64,000 bases of DNA. Source: Polyangiaceae bacterium (GTDB taxonomy: Bacteria > Myxococcota_A > Polyangia > Polyangiales > Polyangiaceae). Position 1 is the first letter of the stretch, and every line of letters begins with the position of its first letter. The position numbers and the translations under genes are program-made. A model generated the notes under the pieces. It searched no databases. It saw only the letters and a list, made by a program, of their open reading frames with translations, and had not been told where the DNA came from. Positions 1 to 10,451 of the stretch are shown here, one piece after another. The DNA lies in NCBI GenBank assembly GCA_965222375.1, contig CBDCTZ010000015.1:32001-96000 (forward strand), written 5' to 3'.

Positions 1-259
1 TTCCACCGCTGCCCGCACTGCCTCCGCTGCTTCCGCCGGCGCCGGCACCACCGCTCGAACCGCCACTCCCGCCGCCAACTCCGCCGGTCGCCGAGCTGCC
101 ACCAGAGCCTGCACTTCCACCCGTAGCTGCTCCACCAGCGCCCGAGGCGCCACCGGAACCACTTGAATCATCATCGCTCCCGCAGCGCAGCGTCAGCGTG
201 GACAGAGCAACTATGGCTAGGCAGGTCAGGCGCTTGCGCGGGAGGGAAATCGCGGGCAT
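1..259 (-). CDS. Lipoprotein with Gly/Ser-rich linker, 5' part (runs off window)
   Basis: Manual translation from ATG 259: MPAISLPRKRLTCLAIVALSTLTLRCGSDDDSSGSGGASGAGG...; lipobox-like Cys followed by Gly/Ser linker. Confidence 0.7.
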   Translation of the reverse strand, partial: MPAISLPRKRLTCLAIVALSTLTLRCGSDDDSSGSGGASGAGGAATGGSAGSGGSSATGGVGGGSGGSSGGAGAGGSSGGSAGSGG

Positions 260-347
260 CACGCCCGAGTTTACCCCGTTTGAACCTCGATCGCGCGGGA
301 GAGCACTATCGGTGAAATAAATCCGGCGCCGGCGCGAATAGGGGCGC

Positions 348-1049
348 ATGTCGCCCACAGCGCCGATCATTCGCCTCGAATCCCTGACCAAGACCTTCCC
401 CTCGGGCGACTCGGAAGTCCGGGCGTTGCGGGGGGTCGAGCTCCAGGTCGAAAGCGGTCAGCTCGTGGCAATCACCGGCGCGTCAGGCTCCGGGAAGTCC
501 ACAGCGCTGAATATTCTGGGCACCCTGGATCGACCGACCTCTGGGCACTACTTCCTGGATGGTCAGCCCGTCGAGCGGCTCGAGGACGAAGAACTCGCCA
601 AGATCCGCAACGCCAAGCTCGGATTCGTCTTTCAGTCCTTCAACCTTTTGCCCCACGACAGCGCTCTCGACAACGTCGAGTTGCCCCTTAGCTACGCGGG
701 TGTGTCTCGGCGCGAGCGGCGGCAACGATCCCTGGAAGCGCTGGACCAGGTCGGGCTGGGGGACAGAATCGGACACCGACCGAACCAGCTTTCCGGAGGG
801 CAGCAGCAGCGAGTCGCTATCGCGCGCGCCATCGTCAACCGGCCAAAGCTCTTGTTGGCGGACGAACCCACTGGAGCGCTGGACTCGACGACTACAACGC
901 AGATCTTGGAGCTGCTCGGGCAGCTCCATGCACAGGGCATGACCGTCGTCTTGGTGACTCACGACCCCCGCGTTGCGGATTTCGCACAGCGAGTCGTCGA
1001 GTTTTCCGACGGTGAAATCCTATCGGATAGCAGGAGGACAGCAGCATGA
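348..1049 (+). CDS. ABC transporter ATP-binding protein (MacB/LolD-like)
   Basis: Walker [23 protein letters not shown] signature, [12 protein letters not shown]-loop VTHD. Confidence 0.95.
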   Translation: MSPTAPIIRLESLTKTFPSGDSEVRALRGVELQVESGQLVAITGASGSGKSTALNILGTLDRPTSGHYFLDGQPVERLEDEELAKIRNAKLGFVFQSFNLLPHDSALDNVELPLSYAGVSRRERRQRSLEALDQVGLGDRIGHRPNQLSGGQQQRVAIARAIVNRPKLLLADEPTGALDSTTTTQILELLGQLHAQGMTVVLVTHDPRVADFAQRVVEFSDGEILSDSRRTAA

Positions 1050-2155
1050 AACGGCGCAAAGGGTGGATCACTTTCGGGGCGCTCGTGATCGGCGCGGTCG
1101 TGGCGACCGTATTGTTCTTGCGCAACCGGGGCGACAGTGAACCGATCGACCCCGCCATGGTGATCGTTGCGGAGCGGGCACCGCTAGCGATAAACGTACT
1201 GGAAGTCGGACGCATCGAGGCTTTCGAAGAAGTGAAGCTCACGTCTCGGCGCGCAGGGCGAGTCGTCGCGGTACAAGTGAGCGAGGGGGACAAAGTGGAG
1301 ATCGGCACGCCATTGGTCCTACTCGACCCGGTCGCAGCGAAGCGCGAGGTTTCGAAAGCGCGCGTGCAGCTGACCCGCGCAAAAGCAGACCTGAAGTTCC
1401 AGCAGCAGACGCTCGCACGCCAAGAGCGGGGCTTCCGCATGGGCGTGGTTCCCGGCGTCAAGGCAGACGAAGCCAGGCAACAGACCGAGTTGGCGCGGCT
1501 CCAAGTCCGCGCGGCACGCGTCGATCTTTCCGTCGCGCGGGATCACCGGCGAGACATGCAGCTCGTAGCTCCCATCGCCGGCACGGTGATTCGCCGCAAT
1601 ATCGAGCCGGGTGAGACGGTCCGACCCGGGGTCGAAGTATCCCCCGAACTGGAAAGCCTGATGACCATTGCGGATCTTTCACGATTGCGAGTAACTGTCG
1701 AACTCAACCAAGTTGACGTAGCGAAAGCGCAACTTGGCCAGCGCGTATCCTTGGTCCTCGACGCGCTACCCGGGGAAACCTTCCACGCGAAACTCAGCCG
1801 CATCGCTGCGGCCTCGACCCGCAAGCCCGGCAAGGACTTCGACGTGTTTCCCGTGGAAGCATTGCTCACCATGCCGGACCCACGAATCAAGCCCGGCATG
1901 ACTGCAGACGTGCGCATTCACGTGAGCGAGAAGCCGGGTGTCGTGTCTCTGCCCTTGGAGTCGGTCCGACGCGAGGAAGGCAAAGCCTTCGTCAAGCGGA
2001 TCGTGGCGGGGGACAGCGGTGAGACCACCGAGCAGGTTCAAGTGACGTTAGGCGTGGAGAACGACCGCAGGGTGGAAGTCGTCTCTGGCATCGACGCTGG
2101 TGAGCGAGTGCTGATTGACCCACCATCGGCTGCGGACAACGAAACAAAGATCTGA
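1046..2155 (+). CDS. Efflux periplasmic adaptor subunit (MacA/HlyD-like)
   Basis: N-terminal TM, lipoyl halves around a coiled coil, APIAGTV, IKPGMTADV; ATGA overlap with ATPase. Confidence 0.9.
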   Translation: MKRRKGWITFGALVIGAVVATVLFLRNRGDSEPIDPAMVIVAERAPLAINVLEVGRIEAFEEVKLTSRRAGRVVAVQVSEGDKVEIGTPLVLLDPVAAKREVSKARVQLTRAKADLKFQQQTLARQERGFRMGVVPGVKADEARQQTELARLQVRAARVDLSVARDHRRDMQLVAPIAGTVIRRNIEPGETVRPGVEVSPELESLMTIADLSRLRVTVELNQVDVAKAQLGQRVSLVLDALPGETFHAKLSRIAAASTRKPGKDFDVFPVEALLTMPDPRIKPGMTADVRIHVSEKPGVVSLPLESVRREEGKAFVKRIVAGDSGETTEQVQVTLGVENDRRVEVVSGIDAGERVLIDPPSAADNETKI

Positions 2156-3378
2156 TGCGCGCCCTCGACTTTCGCGTGGCGGCGCGAGCGCTTCGTGCAC
2201 GGGCGTTTCGTTCGCTGCTGACGGTCTCGAGCATCACCGTTGGCTGCTTGGCGATCGTTCTGATGTCGTCCCTGGCCAAGAGTGGGCTGAACACGCTGAT
2301 GCACGGCATCGAGGAAATCGGAGGTGCGCGGCTGCTGTTGGTTGCTCCAAAGGCTGCCGAGCGGGCTGAGAAGAAACAAGAAAGCTCGAGGGGTGCCCTG
2401 TCCACGGCAGACCGGGACGCGGCGGTCGTCGACGTGCCCCATCTGAATAGCCACTCACTGTACGCCAGCGTGGGGCAGCGAGACGTGCGGCGCCTCGGCG
2501 GCAAGGGCGTGAGAAGCGATGTGGTCGCGGCGGACGCTGGGTTCTTCGACGTGTTCCGAATGCAGGTGGACCGCGGTCGGGCCGTGACGAAGGCCGATGG
2601 CGCGGCTGCCTCGCCAATCTGCGTGGTGGGCCCAAAGCTCGTGCAGCGGCTTGGCTCGGCGCCAGCATTGCGGAGCTCGATCGATGTTGGAGGCTTCCGA
2701 TGTCGAGTCGTCGGTGTGCTCGCGGACAATGGCCGCTTCGGCACTAACTTCGGTTTTGATTGGAACGACCTCGTGGTCGTGCCGTATCGGGCGTGGCTGT
2801 TGCACCAGCCTGAGGCCGGACGGCGTGCCAACATCGTACTGGAAACGCAGGCGGCTCGCTTCAATGATCCCGTCAAGCGCATCGTCAACGCACGCTTAGA
2901 ACGCCGGCGCAATGGCGTAGACGACTTCACCCTCTACGATCTGTCATCGGTAGTTGCGCGATTCGAAGCCAGCTTCCTCGTGATGAAGCTCTTGGTCGGT
3001 GTGGTCGCAGGCATCGCGTTGGTCATCGGTGGCGTGGGCGTGATGAACATGATGCTCGTCAGCGTCAGTGAACGCGTTCGGGAAATCGGCGTTCGCCGCG
3101 CGCTGGGCGCGACTCGGGGCGACATCCGCCGTCAGTTCCTGATTGAAGCGTCGATGTTGTCGGGGCTTGGCGGGCTGGTGGGGTGTCTCGGCGGCGCGGC
3201 TTCAGCGCTCGCGAGCGGCGCGCTCATTCAGAGCCTCCTTCCGGCATGGATACCGTCACTCTCCCTGCCCGCAGCAGGTGCGGCTCTGGCCTCGGCGCTC
3301 GGCATTGGCATCGTATTTGGAATCCTGCCAGCGCGCCAAGCGGCGCAGCTCGCTCCAGTCGAGGCGATGCGACGATGA
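2155..3378 (+). CDS. ABC transporter permease (MacB/FtsX family)
   Basis: GGVGVMNMMLVSVSERVREIGVRRALGA motif; 1+3 TM layout. Confidence 0.93.
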   Translation: MRALDFRVAARALRARAFRSLLTVSSITVGCLAIVLMSSLAKSGLNTLMHGIEEIGGARLLLVAPKAAERAEKKQESSRGALSTADRDAAVVDVPHLNSHSLYASVGQRDVRRLGGKGVRSDVVAADAGFFDVFRMQVDRGRAVTKADGAAASPICVVGPKLVQRLGSAPALRSSIDVGGFRCRVVGVLADNGRFGTNFGFDWNDLVVVPYRAWLLHQPEAGRRANIVLETQAARFNDPVKRIVNARLERRRNGVDDFTLYDLSSVVARFEASFLVMKLLVGVVAGIALVIGGVGVMNMMLVSVSERVREIGVRRALGATRGDIRRQFLIEASMLSGLGGLVGCLGGAASALASGALIQSLLPAWIPSLSLPAAGAALASALGIGIVFGILPARQAAQLAPVEAMRR

Positions 3379-4640
3379 AGCCGTCAGACCTGCTTCGAAC
3401 CCTGCGCAGCTTGGGCGCGCGACCCGGGCGAACCGTGCTCACCCTGCTGGGCATCGTGATCGGCTCCGGCGCGATAGTTCTGGTTGCAGGTCTGGTAGCC
3501 GGTGGCAAAGCCGCGCTGATGCGCACGAGTCAAGAAGCGACGGGCTCAGATCTCGTGCGCATCCGCAGTCGAAAGCTGCCCAGCGCCGAGCTCGTGCGAG
3601 CGCGGCCGGAGCTGTCACGAGCTGATGGCGAGGCGCTAGCTCAAAACTGGGCAGCGGCGGGAAGCCCGGCTCACGCGGAGTCGTCACGCACGGTGCGCGC
3701 GCGTTTCGTGAGTCGTCGCGCCTCGTCGTCGGCGGCGTCATCGACCCCGAAGCGCAAGAAGGTTCGCATGGTCAGCGGAAATCCGCGGGTCGCTGGCATC
3801 TATGGGTTGCAAGTGCGCTCAGGGCGTTTTCTCAACGCCAGGGACCTCCATGAAAGGCGCCGGGTCTGTGTCGTTGGGCACGAGGTCTGGGTCGAACTGA
3901 TGAGCAGAACCCGCCTTTCGAGCCAGCCCAGTATCGCAATGGATGGTCAGCTATGGAAGGTGGTGGGCGTTTTGGCGCCGAAACCCATCATGGGGTCGAC
4001 CACGGGAACCAACATCTGGGACCGCAAAGTCCTCGTGCCTGAAACCACCTTCGACGCCAGCTACGCACCCGATCATCGGGTAGACGTGATCACCGTTGCC
4101 GCAGCGAGGCACAGCGGGTCTTCGCTATCAGTCGTCAGCCGTGTCTTCGAGCGCTTGCTACTGCGTCGCCATCACGGCGCGCACAACTTCAAAATCGAAG
4201 ACCGAGCGGGCGGCCAGATGGAGCAGCTGATTCTAGGTATCGTCGAGGCCTTGCTAATCGCTACGGGCGCACTCGCGCTCCTGGTCGGTGGCATTAACGT
4301 GATGAATGTGATGCTCGTCAACGTGAGCGAGCGCACTCGCGAGATCGGCATCCGACGAGCTCTTGGCGCTACGCGCCGGAGCATCGCGATGCAGTTCTTG
4401 TTGGAGTCATCGCTCTTGAGCGTGATTGGCGGCGTCATCGGCGTGACGGGGGGAAGCGCACTGGTGCATGCAGCCGCCGCTGGCTTTTCAAGCTGGCTCG
4501 GCTACTTCCCTGGTCAGGTGGAGACTTGGTCCGTGGCGCTAGGGCTGGGCCTGTCGCTCACCGTGGGTATCGTCTTCGGCCTGTTGCCGGCACTGCGTGC
4601 GTCGCGACTTCATCCGGTGGTGGCGCTGCGCAGCGAGTAG
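3375..4640 (+). CDS. ABC transporter permease (MacB/FtsX family), second copy
   Basis: Start MKPSDLL at ATGA overlap; GGINVMNVMLVNVSERTREIGIRRALGA. Confidence 0.93.
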   Translation: MKPSDLLRTLRSLGARPGRTVLTLLGIVIGSGAIVLVAGLVAGGKAALMRTSQEATGSDLVRIRSRKLPSAELVRARPELSRADGEALAQNWAAAGSPAHAESSRTVRARFVSRRASSSAASSTPKRKKVRMVSGNPRVAGIYGLQVRSGRFLNARDLHERRRVCVVGHEVWVELMSRTRLSSQPSIAMDGQLWKVVGVLAPKPIMGSTTGTNIWDRKVLVPETTFDASYAPDHRVDVITVAAARHSGSSLSVVSRVFERLLLRRHHGAHNFKIEDRAGGQMEQLILGIVEALLIATGALALLVGGINVMNVMLVNVSERTREIGIRRALGATRRSIAMQFLLESSLLSVIGGVIGVTGGSALVHAAAAGFSSWLGYFPGQVETWSVALGLGLSLTVGIVFGLLPALRASRLHPVVALRSE

Positions 4641-4750
4641 CAGCCCACACCAGCGTTGAGCCAGTCTACTCAGGCGTTCTTTACGCCCGCTCGGCCAGAG
4701 CCTACTGGCCTTGGAGCCACGCTGACTCTCGAGCGGAGCCGAGCGCGTCG

Positions 4751-6022
4751 CTAGTTTCCGGATTTGGGTGCCGTGAGGATGTCCCTCGCTTCCAGCTTGA
4801 AGTCGAGAGGCTGCCCGGCTCGGGAAACGGAGATGTTCAACACTTCGCCAATGTAGCGCCCGGTGAAGAGCCAGGGCCGCTGGGCGGGCGAGTAGGAGCT
4901 CATGGGCTTGCCAGCCGCAACCGTGATCTCGTCTCCGACCTGAACGCCCATATCCTTCGCACTGCTGCCCGCCATGACCGCAGCGACTTTGACGGGCCCG
5001 GTGGTCGTCTCTTCCAACGCAACGCCGTAGGGGAAGAACTCCTGAGTCTCGGTCGTGTTCATTCCCGCGTAGCCATCCATGCGGATCAGGCCGGCAGGCT
5101 GATCAATGGTGACCAAGAAGTGGCTGAGGTAGCCATTTGGCAGCACCCCCAGAAAGGGGCCACCCTCTAGCTGCGGTAGCGGGATCATCCCTTCGGGGAT
5201 CGTGCGCGTCGTGATGTTCTTGATCGCGCGCCCCGCAACTTCCAAGCTTCCAATGGTTGTCAACTGAGCCCAGAAGGTACCGATGCCGGCTGGCGTGTAG
5301 AAGCCACCGATGGCGGGCCGCGGCGCTTTAGCCTGGAGAGTGTCGAACACGCCACTGGGCATTGCGCCTAGTGAGGCGCCCGAGTCCACCAAGAACCAAC
5401 CTTCGAGCCCTTCCGCCTTGCCGGGCACGAAGAAGTAGTGCTCGTACACATAGGATACGTCCACGGGAGTCCTGTCGACGTGGTCGCAGGCGAGCAGATC
5501 CGACTCGTTTCGGGCTGTCTCCATCCAAAACACCCCGCGCTGCACGTCGAGAGTCACCGAGTGACCACCCATGACGTCGGCACCCAAGATCCCATCGATG
5601 CCTGGGATCCCGTATTGAGCGATCGACGTCGTCGTCATGTAACCCAGGGGAATGGTCTTGTCGGCTACGTGGATCTCGTAGGGCCCCTGGCCGATCTGCT
5701 TGAAGGTCGCCGTGTCCATCACGGATGTGGGCGCTCCGGTGTCATAGACGAACTTGAAGGGGCCCTTATCGCCAAACTTGACTTGAACTGTGGGTTTGCG
5801 AGCGACCTCGCCGAGGGGGTGCCCGGTTGGACACGCACCAAGGGGTGCCCCACCACTGCCTCCTGCGCCGGCGGAACCCGCCAGCCCGGCGCTGCCAGCC
5901 ATGCCTCCGGTGCCCGGAGTGGCGCCGGCTCCCCCTTGTCCGCCGGAGTTTTGGTCGGCGTCGCCGCCGCAGGCGCTGAGCACCAAGAGAGCTAAGGTCC
6001 CGAGAATCTTCAGTGGTCGCAT
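4751..6022 (-). CDS. Lipoprotein: two retropepsin-like aspartyl protease domains plus PDZ
   Basis: LSACGG lipobox, YDTGA and VDSGA motifs, DGILG, C-terminal PDZ-like segment; GGAGG RBS before ATG 6022. Confidence 0.8.
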   Translation of the reverse strand: MRPLKILGTLALLVLSACGGDADQNSGGQGGAGATPGTGGMAGSAGLAGSAGAGGSGGAPLGACPTGHPLGEVARKPTVQVKFGDKGPFKFVYDTGAPTSVMDTATFKQIGQGPYEIHVADKTIPLGYMTTTSIAQYGIPGIDGILGADVMGGHSVTLDVQRGVFWMETARNESDLLACDHVDRTPVDVSYVYEHYFFVPGKAEGLEGWFLVDSGASLGAMPSGVFDTLQAKAPRPAIGGFYTPAGIGTFWAQLTTIGSLEVAGRAIKNITTRTIPEGMIPLPQLEGGPFLGVLPNGYLSHFLVTIDQPAGLIRMDGYAGMNTTETQEFFPYGVALEETTTGPVKVAAVMAGSSAKDMGVQVGDEITVAAGKPMSSYSPAQRPWLFTGRYIGEVLNISVSRAGQPLDFKLEARDILTAPKSGN

Positions 6023-6091
6023 GGCATCCTCCAACTAGGAGAGGAGGATGGCTTCGCGGCTCTCGACTGTCTCCGCGCTTCGTGCGCTTCG

Positions 6092-6943
6092 TTAGGCGGA
6101 TTGTGCTCTGGGTCGCAGGTTTTCGCTGTGCTCCGCGATCCAGGCGCTTGGGGTCTGCCCATACTTGTCGCGAAAACTACGGCTGAAGCGGCCCAGATCC
6201 GCGAACCCGACTGACAACGCCGCTCGAGTGACCGAGTAGCGTCCCGTGCAGAGCAACTCCGCCGCTCGGGTCAGACGAGTCTCTGTGAGAAACCGGTAGG
6301 GGCTCATGCCCGTCTGCTCGCGGAACAGACGACTGAAGTGGAAGCGACTGATTCCGGCGACCTGCGCCATGTCATCAACAGAAATGTCTTCGGAATAGTT
6401 GTCTTGCGCGTATTCCAATGCGGCGCTCACTCTTGGGTCCTTCGCGGTGGAGCCCTTCGCGGCGGGGATCTGTCGATGCACCAAGGTCAGCAGTGCGTCG
6501 ACGATCGCGTCGGACAGCAACACCAAGCCTGGCCCCCCGGCTTTGCTCTCGGCAACCAGCGTAGCCGCCATAGCGGCCACTCGCTGCGCGTCCTCCAAGC
6601 GGAACACGGGTTGCTTGTGTCTCAGTCCCAGTCCGGCGCGAAGCACCGACGCGCGCTCGGCCTCGACCCACAGGCTCGTCGCGCGGGTGCCGGGAGCAAT
6701 CTTCGTTCGATGCTCGACACCGGGCGCCAGATGCACGACCTGACCGGGCTCCAACACCAAACTCCGAATGCCAAGGTCGTACTCGACGGCGCCTTGCTCG
6801 ACGACAGCCAGCTCGACCTGAGGGTGGGCGCCGACTGGATACGAACGCTGGTCCTGTTGACACCAACTTCGCACCCGCACCGCCGGTGAGGGTTGCGCGT
6901 CGAAGACGACCTCGGGGGCTCGGATTTCGCTGGTGGAGGTCAT
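6092..6943 (-). CDS. AraC family transcriptional regulator (cupin + HTH)
   Basis: HPQVEL...VEH cupin; SRFHFSRLFRE and GFADLGRFSRSFRDKYGQTPS HTH; start taken at MTSTSE. Confidence 0.9.
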   Translation of the reverse strand: MTSTSEIRAPEVVFDAQPSPAVRVRSWCQQDQRSYPVGAHPQVELAVVEQGAVEYDLGIRSLVLEPGQVVHLAPGVEHRTKIAPGTRATSLWVEAERASVLRAGLGLRHKQPVFRLEDAQRVAAMAATLVAESKAGGPGLVLLSDAIVDALLTLVHRQIPAAKGSTAKDPRVSAALEYAQDNYSEDISVDDMAQVAGISRFHFSRLFREQTGMSPYRFLTETRLTRAAELLCTGRYSVTRAALSVGFADLGRFSRSFRDKYGQTPSAWIAEHSENLRPRAQSA

Positions 6944-7113
6944 ACGGTGTCTCAAAGCAGCTTGCGTGCCAGCACATTCGAGCAGGTTTTCGCGCCGTTG
7001 AAGCGTCGAGCGTGCAAGCGCTAACGCTTGCCATCGATCCGCCGCTCCAGAGTTGCGCCCCACCTGCCAGCCTCGGGTTGGCACTCGGATCGGGACACTG
7101 GTACTCAGCCGCA

Positions 7114-9162
7114 ATGCGCTCGGCAGTCGGTCTTTTCGTCATCATTTCGCTGAGTGGTGCGGTTGGGTGCGGAGCGGACGCGCGGCAGCCACAGGAACCC
7201 AGCGCGCTGACGCCGGGGGCCAGGGCAAGCGCGAAGCCGGCAGCAACAATCACTCAACCGCCGGTCACCCCTGCTGCGCCACCGGCCCTGGCTGCCAACT
7301 TCGATCTCAGAGACGGACGGGGCTGCGCCATGCTCGTGGGAGGCGGGGTGAGTTGTTGGGGCGGCCGAGAAGGCGGGCGCCCTAACGCCATCAAAGGCAG
7401 CCAGGACGTGTCAGGAGTCGCGGTCGGTATGGACACGTTGCTCGTTCATCGGGATGGCAAAGTGTCTGCGCTGCGCCAGGGCGGACAGGTCCGCAAACTC
7501 GCCAAGGCCTCCGACGTGGCGCAGGCCGCGACCCAGTTCATGTTGTCTTGCCTCCGATTCACACGGGGCACGGTGAGCTGCTACCGAAGCGGCGTTTTCA
7601 AGGATTCGACACCGACGGCGGAAGAGCGGGCACCCGAGCCCCTTCCGGGCGTGAAGGACGCCGTGGATATCGGCGTGGGCATTCACTTCGTATGCGCAGT
7701 TCGCGCCAAGGGTGGCGTCGTATGCGCGCACGCAGGTCCGGAGTCCAAGGGCAAACCCCGAGCAGCTCCCGTTCCGGGCGTCTCCAACGCCAAACGAGTT
7801 CAGGTCGCTACCTCGGTGGCATGCGCTCAACTCGCGGATGACCGCGTGCGCTGCTTTTCGCTGGGGCGAAAAAGCCGCTGGTCCAAGGAGTTCGAGGCTG
7901 CAGACACCTTCGCGGTTCATCAAGGCGATCCCTACGACTCACCACTGCTGTGTCTTTCTCGCGGCTCGAGTGTGGGCTGCCAGCGTTTGGAATCCATCGG
8001 TGGCGGTCACGCACTCCCAACTCTGCCTCCAGGCAACACTCAACTGCCAGGCATCAAGACCCTCACGCAGCTCCGCGCCGTCAACCATGCCGTATGCGGG
8101 CTTGACACCGAAGGTGCCCTTCATTGCTTCGGCCACAACATCAACGCGGTCCTGGGCCACCCGGACACGAGGTACTTGGACCGCGCCATGCCCGTTTCAG
8201 GCGTCCCGAAGGCGCGCGACGTGGGAGTTGGCCAGCGCTTCGCCTGCGCTTTAACCCAGTCCGGCGAAGTGTGGTGTTGGGGGCTCGCCGCAACCGCCAA
8301 GAAGTCCACCGCGCAAGAACCAGTCCGATCGAAGCCGAAGCGGGTGGCGGGGCTCTCGGGCATGAAGCGGATGATTGTGCACAACGCCTACGGTTGTGCC
8401 TTCGATCCCGCGGATAATGCACATTGCTTCTTCGGCACCGAAAGCAGTTCGCGCTCACGCGCGCCTTACCGGGTCGCTGCGTTGGACGGAGTGCAGAGCG
8501 CACTGCTGCCAGAGATGGGCGTACTCGGGCAGGCAGTCGCCATCGACAGGAAAGGGCAGCTTCTGCTGGGCGCGAACCCAGGCTTCGACGACTTGAAACA
8601 ACTCACGTTGGCCCCGGTGCCAGGCTTGGCAAGAGCGCGCCGGGTCACCGGATCCTACTCCCGCCTTCTGGTGCAACTCGCGGACGGCAAGGTGCATCAG
8701 CTGCAGGCCCGACAAGGCAAGTTGACCTCGCCAATCAAGCACTTTGCCCCCTTCGACAGCGCTGTGGACATGCTAGGCTACCGCTTCGCATTGTTCCAAG
8801 ACGGTGAGGTGCGGACCGTCGGCAGCAATGAAAAGGGGGCCCGAAAGATCGTGCAAGGCAGCCCCCTGACCCGATTCGTGCCGGGTCCCGGGATTTGCGG
8901 AGTCACCGCGAAGGGCTCAGTGCGCTGCGTGGCGACGAGCACCTTCGCAAGCCCAGAAAAGACGCTGTTCAGGTCGGTGGTCAGGGTAGCGGGCACCGAA
9001 GATACACAGTGTGCTATTGACGCGTCGGGGCGAGTCCTGTGCCGTGGCGCGTGTAGCACGGGGGAATGCGGAGTCACCCAAGGTGTGCACTACTCCAAGA
9101 GCCCGCTTCGGGTCCCACTGCCCGCAGCCACAGGTAAGGGAAGCATGGGCGCGTCGAATTGA
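7114..9162 (+). CDS. RCC1/BLIP-II repeat lipoprotein
   Basis: AVGCG lipobox; repeated VGVG..FACAL..SGEVWCWG units. Confidence 0.8.
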   Translation: MRSAVGLFVIISLSGAVGCGADARQPQEPSALTPGARASAKPAATITQPPVTPAAPPALAANFDLRDGRGCAMLVGGGVSCWGGREGGRPNAIKGSQDVSGVAVGMDTLLVHRDGKVSALRQGGQVRKLAKASDVAQAATQFMLSCLRFTRGTVSCYRSGVFKDSTPTAEERAPEPLPGVKDAVDIGVGIHFVCAVRAKGGVVCAHAGPESKGKPRAAPVPGVSNAKRVQVATSVACAQLADDRVRCFSLGRKSRWSKEFEAADTFAVHQGDPYDSPLLCLSRGSSVGCQRLESIGGGHALPTLPPGNTQLPGIKTLTQLRAVNHAVCGLDTEGALHCFGHNINAVLGHPDTRYLDRAMPVSGVPKARDVGVGQRFACALTQSGEVWCWGLAATAKKSTAQEPVRSKPKRVAGLSGMKRMIVHNAYGCAFDPADNAHCFFGTESSSRSRAPYRVAALDGVQSALLPEMGVLGQAVAIDRKGQLLLGANPGFDDLKQLTLAPVPGLARARRVTGSYSRLLVQLADGKVHQLQARQGKLTSPIKHFAPFDSAVDMLGYRFALFQDGEVRTVGSNEKGARKIVQGSPLTRFVPGPGICGVTAKGSVRCVATSTFASPEKTLFRSVVRVAGTEDTQCAIDASGRVLCRGACSTGECGVTQGVHYSKSPLRVPLPAATGKGSMGASN

Positions 9163-9303
9163 AACACGGCGTCGCCAACGAGCCGCAAGCTGTCACGCAC
9201 ACCCAAAGCAATCGTGTACGAACCGCAGAATCGCCCGCCGCGGAGTAGACAATTGTAATCAAGTGTCACGCGGCCTTTCGTGACCCGATGCGCGACGCAT
9301 ACT

Positions 9304-10395
9304 ATGGGTATGCGCTGCCTATCTCGAACGCTTGCAGTGTGTCTGGCCTTGCTCGCCGCATTCGCCTTGGCGGAGCCTGATCTCGTTCGGCTAGGCCGTG
9401 CAGGAACACTGCTCGCTCATCTGTCAGCTCCAGCGCGCGAAACCTCCGAGGTGCAAAGCCGCGAGGCGCGGGTCGCCGGTGCGCGAGCACGCTGGTATTG
9501 GACCGCCAGTGGACACCCCCTTGGCACTGTCGTTCTTGCGCACGGCGTTCATCACAAAGGCATCGACGAACCTCGACTCATCCGCTTCGCGAAGGAGCTA
9601 GCAAGTGCCAGACAGCTGGTGCTCACGCCGGAGCTAGCAGACATCGCGTCCTATCGGATCACACAGCAGGGTGTGGACGTACTCAAGGCATCAGTCAGAC
9701 TCGCCAGCACAGACCCGCGCTCTGCGGGGCAAACCGGACTGATTGGAATGAGCTTCGCAGGTGGCTTGTCTTTGATCGCCGCTAGCGACCCAACCGTCGG
9801 CAAGCGCCTGTCCTACGTGACTAGCGTCGGCGGTCATCACGACCTGAGTCGAGTTCTCCGCTTCTTCCTGTCTGATACTGTCGAAACGCCCGACGGGAAG
9901 CTACCCTTCGACGCTCACGAGTACGGCCTGGTCGTTTTGGTGAATCAGCACCTGGCCAGCCTGATCGAGAGGCGTGACCTGGACTGCATGCATCGCGCAC
10001 TGCAGAGTTGGTTGAAAGAAGACCGGAGTCGCTCGGCCACTCAGGCCTCCCAATGCACCAGCGCCAGCGCCAGGAACATGTTCGAGCTCCTGCAAGGCGG
10101 GAACTTGAAGCAGCTGGCGCCCACGCTGCGCACCCTATTGGTTCAGCACGAGCCTGAGTTGGCTCAGCTTTCGCCCGCGGGGCGATTGAGCCAAATACGC
10201 CCTCCTGTGTACCTGCTGCACGGCGCCCACGACAACGTGATCCCCCCTGCCGAGACCGAGTGGGCCGAGCGCGAACTGGACGGAAGTCGGCACAGCGCAC
10301 TCGTGACTCCCCTGCTGGGCCACGTGGAGGTAGACGGAACCGCCGCATGGACCGACCAGATCGCCCTGGTGAGCTTCATGGCCCGCATGCTGTAG
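9304..10395 (+). CDS. Alpha/beta hydrolase
   Basis: VLAHG, GMSFAG nucleophile elbow, LLHGAHDNVIP, late His. Confidence 0.75.
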   Translation: MGMRCLSRTLAVCLALLAAFALAEPDLVRLGRAGTLLAHLSAPARETSEVQSREARVAGARARWYWTASGHPLGTVVLAHGVHHKGIDEPRLIRFAKELASARQLVLTPELADIASYRITQQGVDVLKASVRLASTDPRSAGQTGLIGMSFAGGLSLIAASDPTVGKRLSYVTSVGGHHDLSRVLRFFLSDTVETPDGKLPFDAHEYGLVVLVNQHLASLIERRDLDCMHRALQSWLKEDRSRSATQASQCTSASARNMFELLQGGNLKQLAPTLRTLLVQHEPELAQLSPAGRLSQIRPPVYLLHGAHDNVIPPAETEWAERELDGSRHSALVTPLLGHVEVDGTAAWTDQIALVSFMARML

Positions 10396-10451
10396 AGGTT
10401 TGGCCCACACGTTGAGCCCGAAGACCCGCACTTGACGCTAGCGCCCACCCA

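Noticed and set aside
348..4640. ABC exporter as part of a RiPP or bacteriocin cluster
   Set aside because: No precursor or modification genes adjacent; the SagB-like gene is 37 kb away.
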